64,000 nucleotides of DNA from Nitrospirota bacterium (GCA_963701855.1 CAVPBK010000006.1:608001-672000), one strand, 5' to 3'. Counted from the first letter of the stretch, positions 39,532-50,068 are shown. The notes: generated by a model not told the origin, from the sequence alone. Translations and numbers: made by a program.

Positions 39532-40233
39532 ATGAAAACCACACGATTGGCAAAGCGTTTCGTGATCGCGGGCCTACTAGCGCTGCTGATCCCGATTGTT
39601 CTCTTTGCGCCTCAGGCGTATGCAGAATCCTACGTGGCCGGGCAGTTCGGCGTGACCCTCCCGCAGAGCCTGAGCAACGGTACGATCACGCAAGATGGAT
39701 TTGGGGGACTCGATATTTCAGACCAGCCCTTAAAAAGCTCCGCGATGGTGGGTGCCAAGATCGGACACTACTTCACGAAAGCCCGTTGGCTGGGCATCGA
39801 GACCGGTGTGTCCTACACAACCCCTCATATCGAACAAGGGTCGCTTACTTTTTCGGGCCCTGGTGGGTCGTTAACATCCCCAAATTTAACGGGCATTCAC
39901 CAACGCATAATTACATGGGACACGGATGTAATTTTTCGCTATCCAGGCTACCGGCTCCAGCCCTATATCGGAATCGGCCCCTCTTTTTACTTTGCAGAGC
40001 TAAAGGGCCCCGACGCACCTCCAGGACAATCGGCCGCCTCAATCGGCTTCAACGCCGAAGGAGGTATACAATACTACCTCACGCGTCAATGGACCCTGTT
40101 CGGGGAAGGCAAATACAACTATGCCCGCATGAACTATTCCTCAAATCATAGCGATCCGAACGCTGACCCATTCGGATTCCGAGCGACCTACAGTGCCTTC
40201 ATCCTCTCCATCGGCATTGGCTATCATTTCTAA
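39532..40233 (+). CDS. outer-membrane beta-barrel protein
   Basis: Signal peptide AYA-E, QPYIGIG, terminal GIGYHF. Confidence 0.85.
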   Translation: MKTTRLAKRFVIAGLLALLIPIVLFAPQAYAESYVAGQFGVTLPQSLSNGTITQDGFGGLDISDQPLKSSAMVGAKIGHYFTKARWLGIETGVSYTTPHIEQGSLTFSGPGGSLTSPNLTGIHQRIITWDTDVIFRYPGYRLQPYIGIGPSFYFAELKGPDAPPGQSAASIGFNAEGGIQYYLTRQWTLFGEGKYNYARMNYSSNHSDPNADPFGFRATYSAFILSIGIGYHF

Positions 40234-40308
40234 GTATTGGGTCATTCTAATCCCACCCCCATCTAGTAAACCAACGTGGTTCCGTGTAGCCTAGGCACGG
40301 AACCGCCC

Positions 40309-40683
40309 ATGAAACTTTGCCCATCATGTCGACAGGAACTCCCGGAGATTAGCCGTTACTGCTCGAAATGCGGCCAACGGCTTCATGCAGATCACGTTGA
40401 CGTTTCTCCGCCGCCGCCAGCACCACCAAGTGCGACAGCTGGACCAGGACAGCTCAACGTTGAATTTCTCTATGGCATGGTTGCGATGCTGTCCCTCGCG
40501 ATCCTCTTCCCACCCTGGGAAACCCCGCAGTCACAGGCTCCCGAATTCCTCGGCCTGCATTTCATCTTTTCGCCCCCTACACCAGATGCCATCGTGAGCC
40601 GACTGCTACTGACGATCGAACTCGTCACCATCGCGATCGCCGGGCTTTATGGATCGTTCTTCTTCCGGCAAAAAAAACCCTGA
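40309..40683 (+). CDS. zinc-ribbon membrane protein
   Basis: CPSC...YCSKCG followed by two TMs. Confidence 0.75.
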   Translation: MKLCPSCRQELPEISRYCSKCGQRLHADHVDVSPPPPAPPSATAGPGQLNVEFLYGMVAMLSLAILFPPWETPQSQAPEFLGLHFIFSPPTPDAIVSRLLLTIELVTIAIAGLYGSFFFRQKKP

Positions 40684-40684
40684 G

Positions 40685-40809
40685 CACGATGCTGAAAAAG
40701 CCCGCCAGCGGCGTTCTCAGTCGCTCGTCTCCCTGCAACGTACCGCAAGGGTACGCTTCGGTTGCCGAACTCCCTGCGGCCTTGCTGGACAGGCTTTTTG
40801 AGCATCCTG
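40685..40809. mobile_element. family A element
   Basis: GATGCTGAAAAAGCC...GGCTTTTTGAGCATCCTG, directly after a TGA stop. Confidence 0.8.
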
Positions 40810-40889
40810 TACAGAATTGTTCCGATGCCTGCTAACGGATCATTGGTCGGTGAAAAGGTGGTGAAGCAGTCCTCGACCAGCGACTCTGC

Positions 40890-41690
40890 TCAGTCCAACG
40901 CCAATGTCAGACACTTCGCCGAGCCGCCCGATTTCATGAATTCATCGAGCGGGACTGGATGGGGAAGATAACCGCGTGAGGTCAACAGGGATTCTGTTTC
41001 CGGACATCCTGCGGGCAGCACGACGTGTTTCCCGACACAGACGGCGTTGCAGGCAAACCTGAGAGCCTCTGTTTCCAGCACCACGAGACGCCTGGAAGGA
41101 TCGATCCGTTCGGCAAGAACCTTTTGCCCATAGTGATCGAAGGCGGGAGGGAAATATAGGAGTTCACCTCCGCTCAGGGGGCACAAGCAGGTATCGAGGT
41201 GATAGAACCGGTTGTCGATCAGTTCGAGCGGAATGATCTCTCGGTGAAACCAGTCGCTGAGCGTCGGGAACACACGGATATCCGACCGTTGCCGATAGCC
41301 ACCGAACCAGGTGTCAGGGAATCCCAAGAGATCCCCGGCCCCCTCGAAGAAGCAGCCTGGATCCAGCGTGACGACTTCATACCCCTGGCCGCGAAACCAG
41401 TTCTCAAAGTACGCCTCTTCCTTCTGCCGTTCGACATAGCGAAAACGGCTCGGCACCGCTTTGCCTCCAACAACGATGCCGGCATTCGCCGTGAACACGA
41501 GGTCGGGCAGCCCCGGCACCGGCTTCATCCGTTCCAGGACCGCGCCCACGTCCTGTTCGAGCACCTGCATGAGGTGATGCCACTGGCGGATGGCCTCATC
41601 TGAATTGACGGCATTCGAACGGCGCATCCATGGATTAATCTCGTATTCGATACCGAAATAATCCGGTGGGCAGACCAGCAGACGACTCAT
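40890..41690 (-). CDS. amidinotransferase-superfamily enzyme, arginine dihydrolase (ArgZ/AgrE N-domain)-like
   Basis: CPPDYF..YEINPWM, PDLVFTAN, EGAGD, YHLDT, GGSAKCL. Confidence 0.8.
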   Translation of the reverse strand: MSRLLVCPPDYFGIEYEINPWMRRSNAVNSDEAIRQWHHLMQVLEQDVGAVLERMKPVPGLPDLVFTANAGIVVGGKAVPSRFRYVERQKEEAYFENWFRGQGYEVVTLDPGCFFEGAGDLLGFPDTWFGGYRQRSDIRVFPTLSDWFHREIIPLELIDNRFYHLDTCLCPLSGGELLYFPPAFDHYGQKVLAERIDPSRRLVVLETEALRFACNAVCVGKHVVLPAGCPETESLLTSRGYLPHPVPLDEFMKSGGSAKCLTLALD

Positions 41691-42931
41691 GACTTCCACC
41701 CCAACTCGCGCGCTAGATCGCGCAGAAACGACGCGGCGTCCATGACCAGCCCGACAGCCTGAAAACTTCCTCGATCCGCGAGTTTCGTCGGGACGGCCGG
41801 ATTAACGTCGACGCAGACGGAGGGGATCGTGGCAGGCAACAAATTGCCCGTCGCCACCGCATGCAGCGTCGAGGCGACGAGCAAGGCCAGTCCGATACCA
41901 GGGATTGCCGCACGCATGGTTGACTGGGCTTCTACTGAATCCGTGATCACGCCGGGCAACGGGCCGTCATCGCGGATCGTGCCGGCCATGACAACGTGGA
42001 CACCCCGTCTGACGCAGGCTGCCATAATTCCGGACTTCACGACTCCTGACCGGACCGCTGCCTCGATGCTGCCGATGGCCCTGATCCGATTAATGGTTCG
42101 CAGATGGTGTTCATGCCCATGCGGCACGACGCGACCTGCCGCATGTCCATAGCCGAGGGACGTGCCGTAGAGATCGACCTCCATATCATGAGCGGGCAGC
42201 GCATTCCCGCAGAACAAGACATGGATGAATTCTTCATCAATCAGCCATGTCAGCGCCTCACGCCCTCCAGCGTGCACAATCGCCGGACCTCCCGCCAGCA
42301 GCACCTTGCTGCCAACTTTCCCCTCCCGAAATCCTGTTCGCAGCTGCTCAAGGCGCTTGGCAATGTCGCTAATGACGCGCCCATGGGGACGCTCGGACGA
42401 AACCTGCGATTCCATAAAGCTGAACACATCGCGATCACGTGGCCGCTGGAGCGGGATCACCCGCACGCCCTCACGGCCGGTCACGATCTGATCACCACGC
42501 TTCACCTCTCCCATCGGAACAGTCTTCGCAATCAGACGAACCGGGTCCACAAGAATCCCCAGATCCATCTCGATCCCCTCCACCTCCACCCACTGATCGC
42601 GAACTCGCACCTGGGTGGGTAAATGGGTGGTCGCGTAAAACTCGTCGGGAAAGATGCCGTTCGCCGGGGCCGCACTCAGCCGACAATCCCGTTCACTCTC
42701 AACCGACGCGCCGTGGGGTTGAATGGTATGGAGAATCTCGCTGAGCAGTTTCGCGGACGAGGCCCGCACGACGATTCTGGCGCGCGACGGTTCCTCGCGG
42801 GTCTTGCCGATCTGCATATCTTGAAGATCGAAGGTTCCACCCATCATCAAAATCGTGTCCAGAACCTTCGCCAGGATCAACGAGTCGATGATATGGCCTT
42901 GAAGCAGGACAGTTTCTTGATCATGCATCAT
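41687..42931 (-). CDS. TIGR00300 / LOR-SDH family protein, ornithine cyclodeaminase (AgrE C-domain)-like
   Basis: GHIIDS, FYATT, FSFMESQVSSER, GPAIVH, GNALPAHD, IRDDGPLP, LADRGS; ATGA-coupled to the downstream gene. Confidence 0.85.
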   Translation of the reverse strand: MMHDQETVLLQGHIIDSLILAKVLDTILMMGGTFDLQDMQIGKTREEPSRARIVVRASSAKLLSEILHTIQPHGASVESERDCRLSAAPANGIFPDEFYATTHLPTQVRVRDQWVEVEGIEMDLGILVDPVRLIAKTVPMGEVKRGDQIVTGREGVRVIPLQRPRDRDVFSFMESQVSSERPHGRVISDIAKRLEQLRTGFREGKVGSKVLLAGGPAIVHAGGREALTWLIDEEFIHVLFCGNALPAHDMEVDLYGTSLGYGHAAGRVVPHGHEHHLRTINRIRAIGSIEAAVRSGVVKSGIMAACVRRGVHVVMAGTIRDDGPLPGVITDSVEAQSTMRAAIPGIGLALLVASTLHAVATGNLLPATIPSVCVDVNPAVPTKLADRGSFQAVGLVMDAASFLRDLARELGWKS

Positions 42932-43070
42932 AAGTCAGACTCCCTCTCTTACATGGAGAGGCTCCGCACAGATTCTACCACCCAGTTTCAACTGTTGCAG
43001 ATCAGATCCTGACTGTGCACCGAAGATTAGCAGGGCGCCGAATCACGTCCGCAAGATGCAGCCATCCCTG

Positions 43071-43195
43071 CGGGCGACTCAAAATGCTCCGCTAGCAAGG
43101 CCGCAGGCGAGTGAAAACCGGAGGCGTACCCTCTGGGGTACGTTGAGGATTTTCACGAGCAGAGAACGAAGCTAGCGGGCATTTTCAGCCGCCCG
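43071..43195. mobile_element. family A element with variant ends, overlapping the truD stop
   Basis: CGGGCGACTCAAAATG...CATTTTCAGCCGCCCG; core GGCGTACCCTCTGGGGTACGTTGAG. Confidence 0.7.
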
Positions 43196-44216
43196 CGGTT
43201 TTCATGAGTTCGCGCAGAACGCTGGTCGCATAGGCGCCAGGCGGAAGTGAAAAGGAAAGGGTGAGCACCGACCCCTCCTGAGCCCATTCCAGATCGGCAA
43301 GAGGGATTCGGAACGAGCGCCGTTCGCCGCGAAACCCGCAGGCCTTCGCGGCTTCGGTAAGGCTTTCCGGGGTCGCGCCGCTCTCAGCCACCACGGCCCG
43401 TTCGATCTCTCCCGGTTCTCCGCCGGCCCACGAGGCGCGCGACCCAAACAGGATGCCGGTTGGACTGATCTCGAACCGGTCGGCCCGTGGCTGTTCCTTC
43501 ACAGCATCCTCGACCAGAAAACAGGCGCCGTTCTCCATTTTCATAGCCCAGTCTCCAATCAACACACGATCGAGTCGATCCAGTCGTCTGGCTAACATGT
43601 CATTAAAGAGATACGACTGATAGGCATTGAGGTACCACATGCGCTTGGACCGGTTCAGCCTGTTTCGGCGAGCAGGGTCCACCAGTAGTTCGGCTCCGAT
43701 TTGGTAATTCTGTCCGCTTCGCCCTTGCCGTTGCGGGCCGAAATAGTTCGGCACACCTCGTCGCACCAATATGTCCGTGACCAGGGGCACCGTCTCGCAG
43801 GCGTGCGTGGCGACATCCCGAATCACCAACCGAAAGCGATTGCCTGCATGATGCCCTGGACGCAAGCGATTGCGATGCCGGCCCAGTACTTCCACAGACA
43901 AGAGTTGCTCGTCCAGTTTCAATCGATCCAGCCGTTCAGGCGTAACACCGAGGAGCGAAATCATTTGCGTGGTCACGGCCCTGGCGTCTTTGAGGCCCGC
44001 TACCCCAATCGCTTGCGCTTTCACGCCTAAGACCGAGGACAATCGCAGAATGAGATCCGGAGTCGAGAGCAGGCGCTTTCTGATTTTGATGTAGAGATGC
44101 TCACCCTCTCCACAGGGGAGATACAGCGGATGCTCCTCAACCTGGAAATCTTCCGGGAGCGTCCGCATCTGTCCGCCAATGCCCGGCAACGCCGCCGTCA
44201 AAAAAGGCATGGTCAT
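43185..44216 (-). CDS. truD: tRNA pseudouridine(13) synthase
   Basis: PEDFQVEE, GEGEH, AGLKDARAVTTQ, PNYFGPQR, LPPGAYAT. Confidence 0.95.
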   Translation of the reverse strand: MTMPFLTAALPGIGGQMRTLPEDFQVEEHPLYLPCGEGEHLYIKIRKRLLSTPDLILRLSSVLGVKAQAIGVAGLKDARAVTTQMISLLGVTPERLDRLKLDEQLLSVEVLGRHRNRLRPGHHAGNRFRLVIRDVATHACETVPLVTDILVRRGVPNYFGPQRQGRSGQNYQIGAELLVDPARRNRLNRSKRMWYLNAYQSYLFNDMLARRLDRLDRVLIGDWAMKMENGACFLVEDAVKEQPRADRFEISPTGILFGSRASWAGGEPGEIERAVVAESGATPESLTEAAKACGFRGERRSFRIPLADLEWAQEGSVLTLSFSLPPGAYATSVLRELMKTAGG

Positions 44217-44312
44217 GGCGCAATAGCCCTCTTCTTCATTCGCACGTGATTGCCCTCACCGCTCAGTCGATCTCGATGGGGAGTGAGACGACTCGCATGG
44301 TATACTTTTCCT

Positions 44313-44954
44313 ATGTTATTCCGCCCAGTGATGGTCCAATGGCCTAAGGTCCGCCTGTTCGCGGCAGGCGTGTTCCTCACCGTTCTGATATGTACTCTGT
44401 CCCCAGGGAGCTCGTTTGGTAGAGACAATGCGATCTTTCAGCAGTTCACCCAACACATCGGCAGGCAGATCCACAAAGACAAACAAGCCTTTGCGCATGC
44501 GAACGCCTGCGTCTCTTGGTTTTATCAGCTGAACAAGACACCTCCTCCGACCGTGCAGGGAATCGGGTGGAAGCCCACGTCTTCATCCCAGCTCGAAATG
44601 GATTGTCTTCGCAACTACCCAAGCGGAATGGACGATGCGCGAAACGATCTTGCCAAGACACAGGCGTTGCTTTCAGTCAGTCTGACTTTCTATGAATTTG
44701 CCCTTGTCGCAGACCAGAATGACGATGCCATCTATAGTCCCATTGAACTTCAAGACTTGCTCCGCTCCCTCACTCTCTCGTACCATGACGCGGAGCCAAA
44801 CCCGAAGCAGGTCACAGCACTCACAGAGCGGTTCGACAGTTGGTACCGCACCCGCAACATGGACGCCTTGATGCAAGGCATGAGCGATCTGTATGAACGA
44901 GGCTATCGCGTAACGCCCTCCGATCGTGTTGAACTGGATCGGGTGATGGGATGA
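44313..44954 (+). CDS. exported hypothetical protein
   Basis: Signal peptide; EF-hand-like DQNDDAIYSPIE; coupled to the next gene. Confidence 0.65.
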   Translation: MLFRPVMVQWPKVRLFAAGVFLTVLICTLSPGSSFGRDNAIFQQFTQHIGRQIHKDKQAFAHANACVSWFYQLNKTPPPTVQGIGWKPTSSSQLEMDCLRNYPSGMDDARNDLAKTQALLSVSLTFYEFALVADQNDDAIYSPIELQDLLRSLTLSYHDAEPNPKQVTALTERFDSWYRTRNMDALMQGMSDLYERGYRVTPSDRVELDRVMG

Positions 44955-45805
44955 CACGACACGCGAGATCCTGGCCTGATCGAGCCCGTTCCTTCATCGG
45001 ATATTGTCTCAGTGAACCGCTCTACCAGCTATTTAGTCTCGTCCCCCACTTGGAAATCGGACTATCCACATACGATATTTCACGACTCACCTATACACAC
45101 AGCATCTTGGCAGGCCGACGGGCCGTTCATCTGAGCGATCTGCACCTTGACCGTTATCAGCCACGGCACGATCTCATCGTCGCCACCATCGGCGAGCTCC
45201 GGCCCGACTGGATCTTTGTCACCGGCGACCTGCTCAACGTGCCAGAGGGACTGCCGCATGTGTTTCGATTTCTCGCCGGCTTGCGCGAAATTGCGCCGGT
45301 CTTCGTCACCTTGGGCAATCATGATCATTACAGTGGCGTACCGATCGATCGGTACTGCGAACTTGCCGATCGCCACAAAATCACCCTCTTAATCAATCAG
45401 GCCACCTTTATCTCCACCGGCTGTGGCGAAATCGCCATTGTCGGCGTCGACGATCCCTCTCTGCATCGAGCCGACCTAAGCTGTCTGCCGCCAAGCGCAC
45501 AGAATCGCTTCACTCTCCTGCTGGCCCATGCACCGAACATCCTCGATCAGATGGAGGACCACCACGCCGTCGACCTGATCCTTTGCGGGCATAGCCACGG
45601 AGGCCAGTGGCGCATACCAGGCATACCGACATTCTGGCTCCCGCCAGGATGCAACGGCCGAATTGAGGGACATCACGGAGAGCCTGGCCGCCAGCTCTAT
45701 GTCAATCGTGGACTCGGATGGTCGTTTCTTCCCCTGCGGTGGAATTGCACCCCGGAGATCGCCTGCATTGAATGGATCCACGAACAGGCGCAACCAGAAG
45801 GCTGA
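44951..45805 (+). CDS. metallophosphoesterase
   Basis: SDLH, TGD, GNHD, GHSHGGQ, VNRGLG. Confidence 0.9.
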   Translation: MTRHARSWPDRARSFIGYCLSEPLYQLFSLVPHLEIGLSTYDISRLTYTHSILAGRRAVHLSDLHLDRYQPRHDLIVATIGELRPDWIFVTGDLLNVPEGLPHVFRFLAGLREIAPVFVTLGNHDHYSGVPIDRYCELADRHKITLLINQATFISTGCGEIAIVGVDDPSLHRADLSCLPPSAQNRFTLLLAHAPNILDQMEDHHAVDLILCGHSHGGQWRIPGIPTFWLPPGCNGRIEGHHGEPGRQLYVNRGLGWSFLPLRWNCTPEIACIEWIHEQAQPEG

Positions 45806-45868
45806 AGGCCGACGGTCAGGATTCGAAGTCCCAATACTTCAAGCCCTCAGTCTTCAGTCTTCAGCCTG
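45797..45868. repeat. heptamer repeat hairpin between convergent genes
   Basis: GAAGGCTGAAGG...CTCAGTCTTCAGTCTTCAGCCT. Confidence 0.6.
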
Positions 45869-45888
45869 CTTCGCCTGTTCGAACGGTT

Positions 45889-46527
45889 TCATGACTGCTT
45901 GATCCGCTCCAACGCTTCCTTCGATCGACTCCTGACAGTTTGATCCCAATCTTTCTCCATGGCTGTCGTCAGTTTCTCCTTCGCCTCACTCGCGCGCAAC
46001 CGGCCCAATCCCAACGCTGCGCTGGAACGTACATAGGCGTGGTCATCTTCTAGCGCCTTTAACAGCAAGGGAACGACTGTCGCATCGTTCAAGACGCCAA
46101 GGTGACTGGCCGCCATCCCTCGAATCCGGTGCTGCTTGTCACTCAGCGCCTGCTGCAACGTCGTCGCAAAGAGGTCTCGTAACGCGGGCGTCACGGATTC
46201 CAATCCTTTGGCGCGGTACCCATTTACTTCAATCAGTGCAAAGGCAATCTCCAGCTTCTTCTCCTCTCCCGTGGCCCGTTCGAACGCCGCCAATAACTTC
46301 GCACGTTCACGCCGTTGCGCCCTGCGGCGGTTGACCGCCCGGACTAACAGAAACAGCCCTGCCGCGACCACCAATCCCGCGAACGCCACGGGGATAGCTT
46401 GATCGATCACATACTCCTGGGTATCGAGCGACAGACGCTTCCACACCCAGACGCCGGTAATGACGAGCCCGACGAGGACTGCAATGGCAGCCAGGTTGGT
46501 CTGGCCCGATTCAGAACGAGTGCTCAT
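45889..46527 (-). CDS. membrane-anchored HEAT-repeat protein
   Basis: Two TMs, then LEDDHAYVRSSAALGLG-type repeats. Confidence 0.8.
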   Translation of the reverse strand: MSTRSESGQTNLAAIAVLVGLVITGVWVWKRLSLDTQEYVIDQAIPVAFAGLVVAAGLFLLVRAVNRRRAQRRERAKLLAAFERATGEEKKLEIAFALIEVNGYRAKGLESVTPALRDLFATTLQQALSDKQHRIRGMAASHLGVLNDATVVPLLLKALEDDHAYVRSSAALGLGRLRASEAKEKLTTAMEKDWDQTVRSRSKEALERIKQS

Positions 46528-46554
46528 GGGGATAGCATCTTAGCAGGATGGGGG

Positions 46555-46790
46555 AAGGGATGGGAGGGGACGGAGGCTGATGCTCTTCTGTGCTCGCGCA
46601 ACGCGCGGTCTCGGAAGAACCTCGCTCGGGCTAATGGCACGTCTCGGCGTGCCAGTGGGTGGGCGGGTGAGAAAGTTGCGCGCAGTAGAAGATCAATCAG
46701 CCCCCTTCCCTGAAGAGATAACGAGCGAGCTTGGAGGGAGCATTTATATCGTTCGACGCGCGCAGTGAATGGCAGCCTCAGCCACTTCCT
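46555..46790. repeat. family B structured repeat (reverse orientation)
   Basis: Closely similar to 31388-31640. Confidence 0.78.
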
Positions 46791-46986
46791 TGAAGAATGG
46801 TATGGGGAATTGTGAAGGGTCTCGCACTTCACACATCCATAGCCGAGTTCACATACCGCCGATGCATTTCATGCCAGACTCAAAGAACAGAATACCCAGG
46901 TTTCTCTCACTGACAACATCTTCCCCCTTTCCAGTGAACTGTCCGATTGCAAAGTGCAAGGTCACGCAATGACCCCGAAATTCTGG

Positions 46987-47244
46987 TCAGAACTGTTGCG
47001 CCTGGATGATCGCCTCCAGCAATGCGCTCCGTTCCTCTTGCAGCTTCTTCGATGGCGGCACGCTCGCCACAAATCGTTCCGCCGCTGCCGTCAAGGCCTG
47101 CAGCGTCTCGGCCATGTCCCCCTGCCTTGGGGCAGGCGACAACGAGGCTTCACGTAACAGCGCGCGCCTCCTCCTGGGCCCGACATACATCTGCGGGGCG
47201 ATCGGGTTATCTTTTTCCAACTCGGGTCGTCGAAATACCGACAT
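46987..47244 (-). CDS. hypothetical protein
   Basis: RBS GGAGGAG, 85 aa, helical. Confidence 0.55.
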   Translation of the reverse strand: MSVFRRPELEKDNPIAPQMYVGPRRRRALLREASLSPAPRQGDMAETLQALTAAAERFVASVPPSKKLQEERSALLEAIIQAQQF

Positions 47245-47459
47245 GGCTCCTCCAAAGCATCAGACAAAAAGAAATAATTCGCACACTGTACTCGATTCGC
47301 GTCGGCAATTGCATCGGAGCTTGAGCACAGGGAGGGAATGGCTGCGGAGCGGTGCGGCAGAATGTCGGATGCGGGCGATGCGTGAGACGGCACGACTGGC
47401 GGAAAGGATTCCGATTAAGTAGCCTGTCCCCTTTTCTCCCTCCTGCTGATGAATGAATC

Positions 47460-49248
47460 TTGAACGAAGAGCGCAGACAAGTTAGTATCAGCCACTCCTT
47501 TCCCCTAAACCTCACCAGAGAGTTCGAGGCCCTTGTGGCAGACAGCCCAATAAGCCCATCGGCCGCAACGCGAGGCATTCAACTCCAGCTGATCGCACCT
47601 CTCCGCCGCCATCCTCCTCCTGTTGCAGTCGTCGAGCCGAAAGGCGTCGTATACACAAAACGTTGGGTCGTTGAACTACTCCTCGATCTGAGCGGCTACT
47701 GCTCGAATAAAAGCCTGGTGGATGCCCTGGCAGTCGAACCAGCAGCCGGTGATGGCGCATTTCTCGGCCCAATGATCGAGCGCCTGGTGGAGTCGTGCCG
47801 GAATTTTGGTCGATCATTGTCAGAATGCCAACATTCCTTAATCGCATACGAACTGGATGAAGAGAGCGCTGATCGTGCGCGTTCTCTTGCCCAAAGTATC
47901 CTAATGACTCGTGGGGTAAAGCGCCCGCTAGCCAAACGACTGGCCGATGCGTGGGTGTTAAACCGAGATTACCTTCTCGATACCGACAGCAAACAGGCTG
48001 ACTTCATTATCGGAAACCCTCCATACGTACGACTTGAGGATATTCCAGAAGAAATGGCCTCGGTCTACCGTAATGCATATCCGACGATGCGCGGTCGAGC
48101 CGATCTCTATGTGGCATTTTTTGAAGCAGCGCTTCGGCAGCTGAAGGCCGGTGGTGTATGCGCATTTATCTGCGCTGACCGATGGATGCGTAACCAATAT
48201 GGGGCGGAACTGCGGCAACTTATTACCTCAGCGTACAGTGTTGACGTGCTCCTGAGCATGCACCACGCCAACGCCTTCGACGATGAAGTGGACGCCTATC
48301 CGGCGATCACGGTGATTCGGCACAAAAAACAGCAGTCGACCATTGTGGCAAGTGCCGATCAGGTAGCTGAGAACATTCAGCCAAGACTATTGGCGACGAC
48401 GCTCCAGACAAACAGCCGCGACATTCTGCCCCAAGGTATCCATCGGGCAGTGGTGAAAACATGGTTCAAAGGAGCTGACCCCTGGCCCTGCCATTCGCCA
48501 GAACAATTGGCGCTCCTCCGACGACTGGAAGATCAGTTTCCTCCTCTCGAGATGAATGCCAAGGTGGGAATCGGCGTCGCCACCGGGAACGATAACGTCT
48601 ATATCACAACAGATGCTGACCTTGTGGAGCCTTCCCGCCTCCTGAAGCTCGCACTGGCGAAAGATTTGTCGAGCGGAACGGTGCGATGGTCCGGGCACTA
48701 TCTTGTGAATCCATGGAACCACGACGGACTGGTCAATCTGAAAACCTATCCGAAGTTACGAGCCTACTACGAGCAACATGCAGGAGCCTTGAAGAAGCGC
48801 CACACAGCGGAGAAGAATGCCGGCAAGTGGTACAAGACAATTGACCGCGTCAACAATGCCCTCACCGATACACATAAACTCTATATCCCAGATATTAAGA
48901 ATACGCTCGAGCCGGTCTTAGATCAGGGGGAAACGTACCCACACCACAATCTGTATTTCATTCAATCGGACGAGTGGGATCTGGAAGTACTCGGAGGCCT
49001 GCTGATGTCGAAGATCGGACAGTTTTTTGTTGAATCATATGGAGTCCGCATGCGGGGTGGCTATTTGCGTTTCCAAGCACAGTACCTACGCCGGATTCGA
49101 GTCCCTGCCCCTACGACCTTGTCCAAGATCCACTCTCATGAACTGAAAGACGCCTTCCGTCATCGTGACAGGCTCACGCGCAACCCAAGTGGCGTTGGAG
49201 CTGTATGGGATTAGCGCTCGCATGATGGAGACGGCGCTTGAACATTGA
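47460..49248 (+). CDS. type II N6-adenine DNA methyltransferase (PaeR7I/XhoI-like); probable frameshift near 49175
   Basis: GVVYT, EPAAGDGAF, GNPPY, RADLY, YPHHNLY, GGYLRFQAQYLRRI; alternative frame ATQVALELYGISARMMETALEH* ends at 49248 overlapping the REase start; true start uncertain. Confidence 0.85.
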
Positions 49249-49999
49249 CAAGAGACTGCAAACCGCTGTCCAAAGCTACTGGAACGCCCGAAGACGAAAT
49301 AAAGCAAAGCAGGTCAAATCGGGGAAGATCGACGCCGGGACGCGAGGTGAGGTCACAGGAGGGACCCAGATGGGTGCCCTGGAAGTCTTGGTTTCAGACA
49401 TCCTGTGCGAAGCCGGATTGAAGAAGGTCGATGTCCGCACAAGGACTGCGCTTGAACTGCCGGGTTATTTCAGAGCTACGAAAAAATGGGATCTCATTGT
49501 CGTCTCCGACGGCGCGTTGGTCCTGGCGATGGAGTTTAAGTCCCAAGCCGGCAAGTCGATCGGCAACAATGTGAACAACCGTTCAGAAGAAGCGGTGGGC
49601 AGTGCCAAGGATATTTGGACAGCATTCCGAGAAGGCCGCTTTGGTCAGGCTCCTCCCCCCTTTCTTGGCTACCTATTCTTATTGGAAGATCGCGACAACG
49701 TCAAAACCCCTGTCGTCAACAAGGAACCGTACTTCCAGGTAGACCCTGAGTTTCGCGGAGAAACTCATCTCAAAGATACAGCAGCCCTCCGACGGTATAG
49801 AGGAGTCTCCTATAGCAAGCGCTACGAACTTCTGTGTCGCCGCTTGCTGCTGGAGCGGCTCTATACCTCAGCCTGTTTCATGATGGCCACGAACTCCAGA
49901 AAAACCACAATCACGCAGCCGGCTGAAGACCTAAATTTTCAGCGCTTCGTAGCCGCGCTACGAGGTCATGTTGTCACCTTCTTGGGCAGCCGCAGTTAG
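49238..49999 (+). CDS. PaeR7I/XhoI family type II restriction endonuclease (CTCGAG predicted)
   Basis: DAGTRGEVTGG, LPGYFRATKKWD, EFKSQ, GNNVNNRSEEA. Confidence 0.88.
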   Translation: MNIDKRLQTAVQSYWNARRRNKAKQVKSGKIDAGTRGEVTGGTQMGALEVLVSDILCEAGLKKVDVRTRTALELPGYFRATKKWDLIVVSDGALVLAMEFKSQAGKSIGNNVNNRSEEAVGSAKDIWTAFREGRFGQAPPPFLGYLFLLEDRDNVKTPVVNKEPYFQVDPEFRGETHLKDTAALRRYRGVSYSKRYELLCRRLLLERLYTSACFMMATNSRKTTITQPAEDLNFQRFVAALRGHVVTFLGSRS

Positions 50000-50068
50000 T
50001 AACTAAACCGCACGAGCCCACGCACTGACGAGGCGGTTAGAAATGTAGAATGTCCCCATTTTCTGGCC

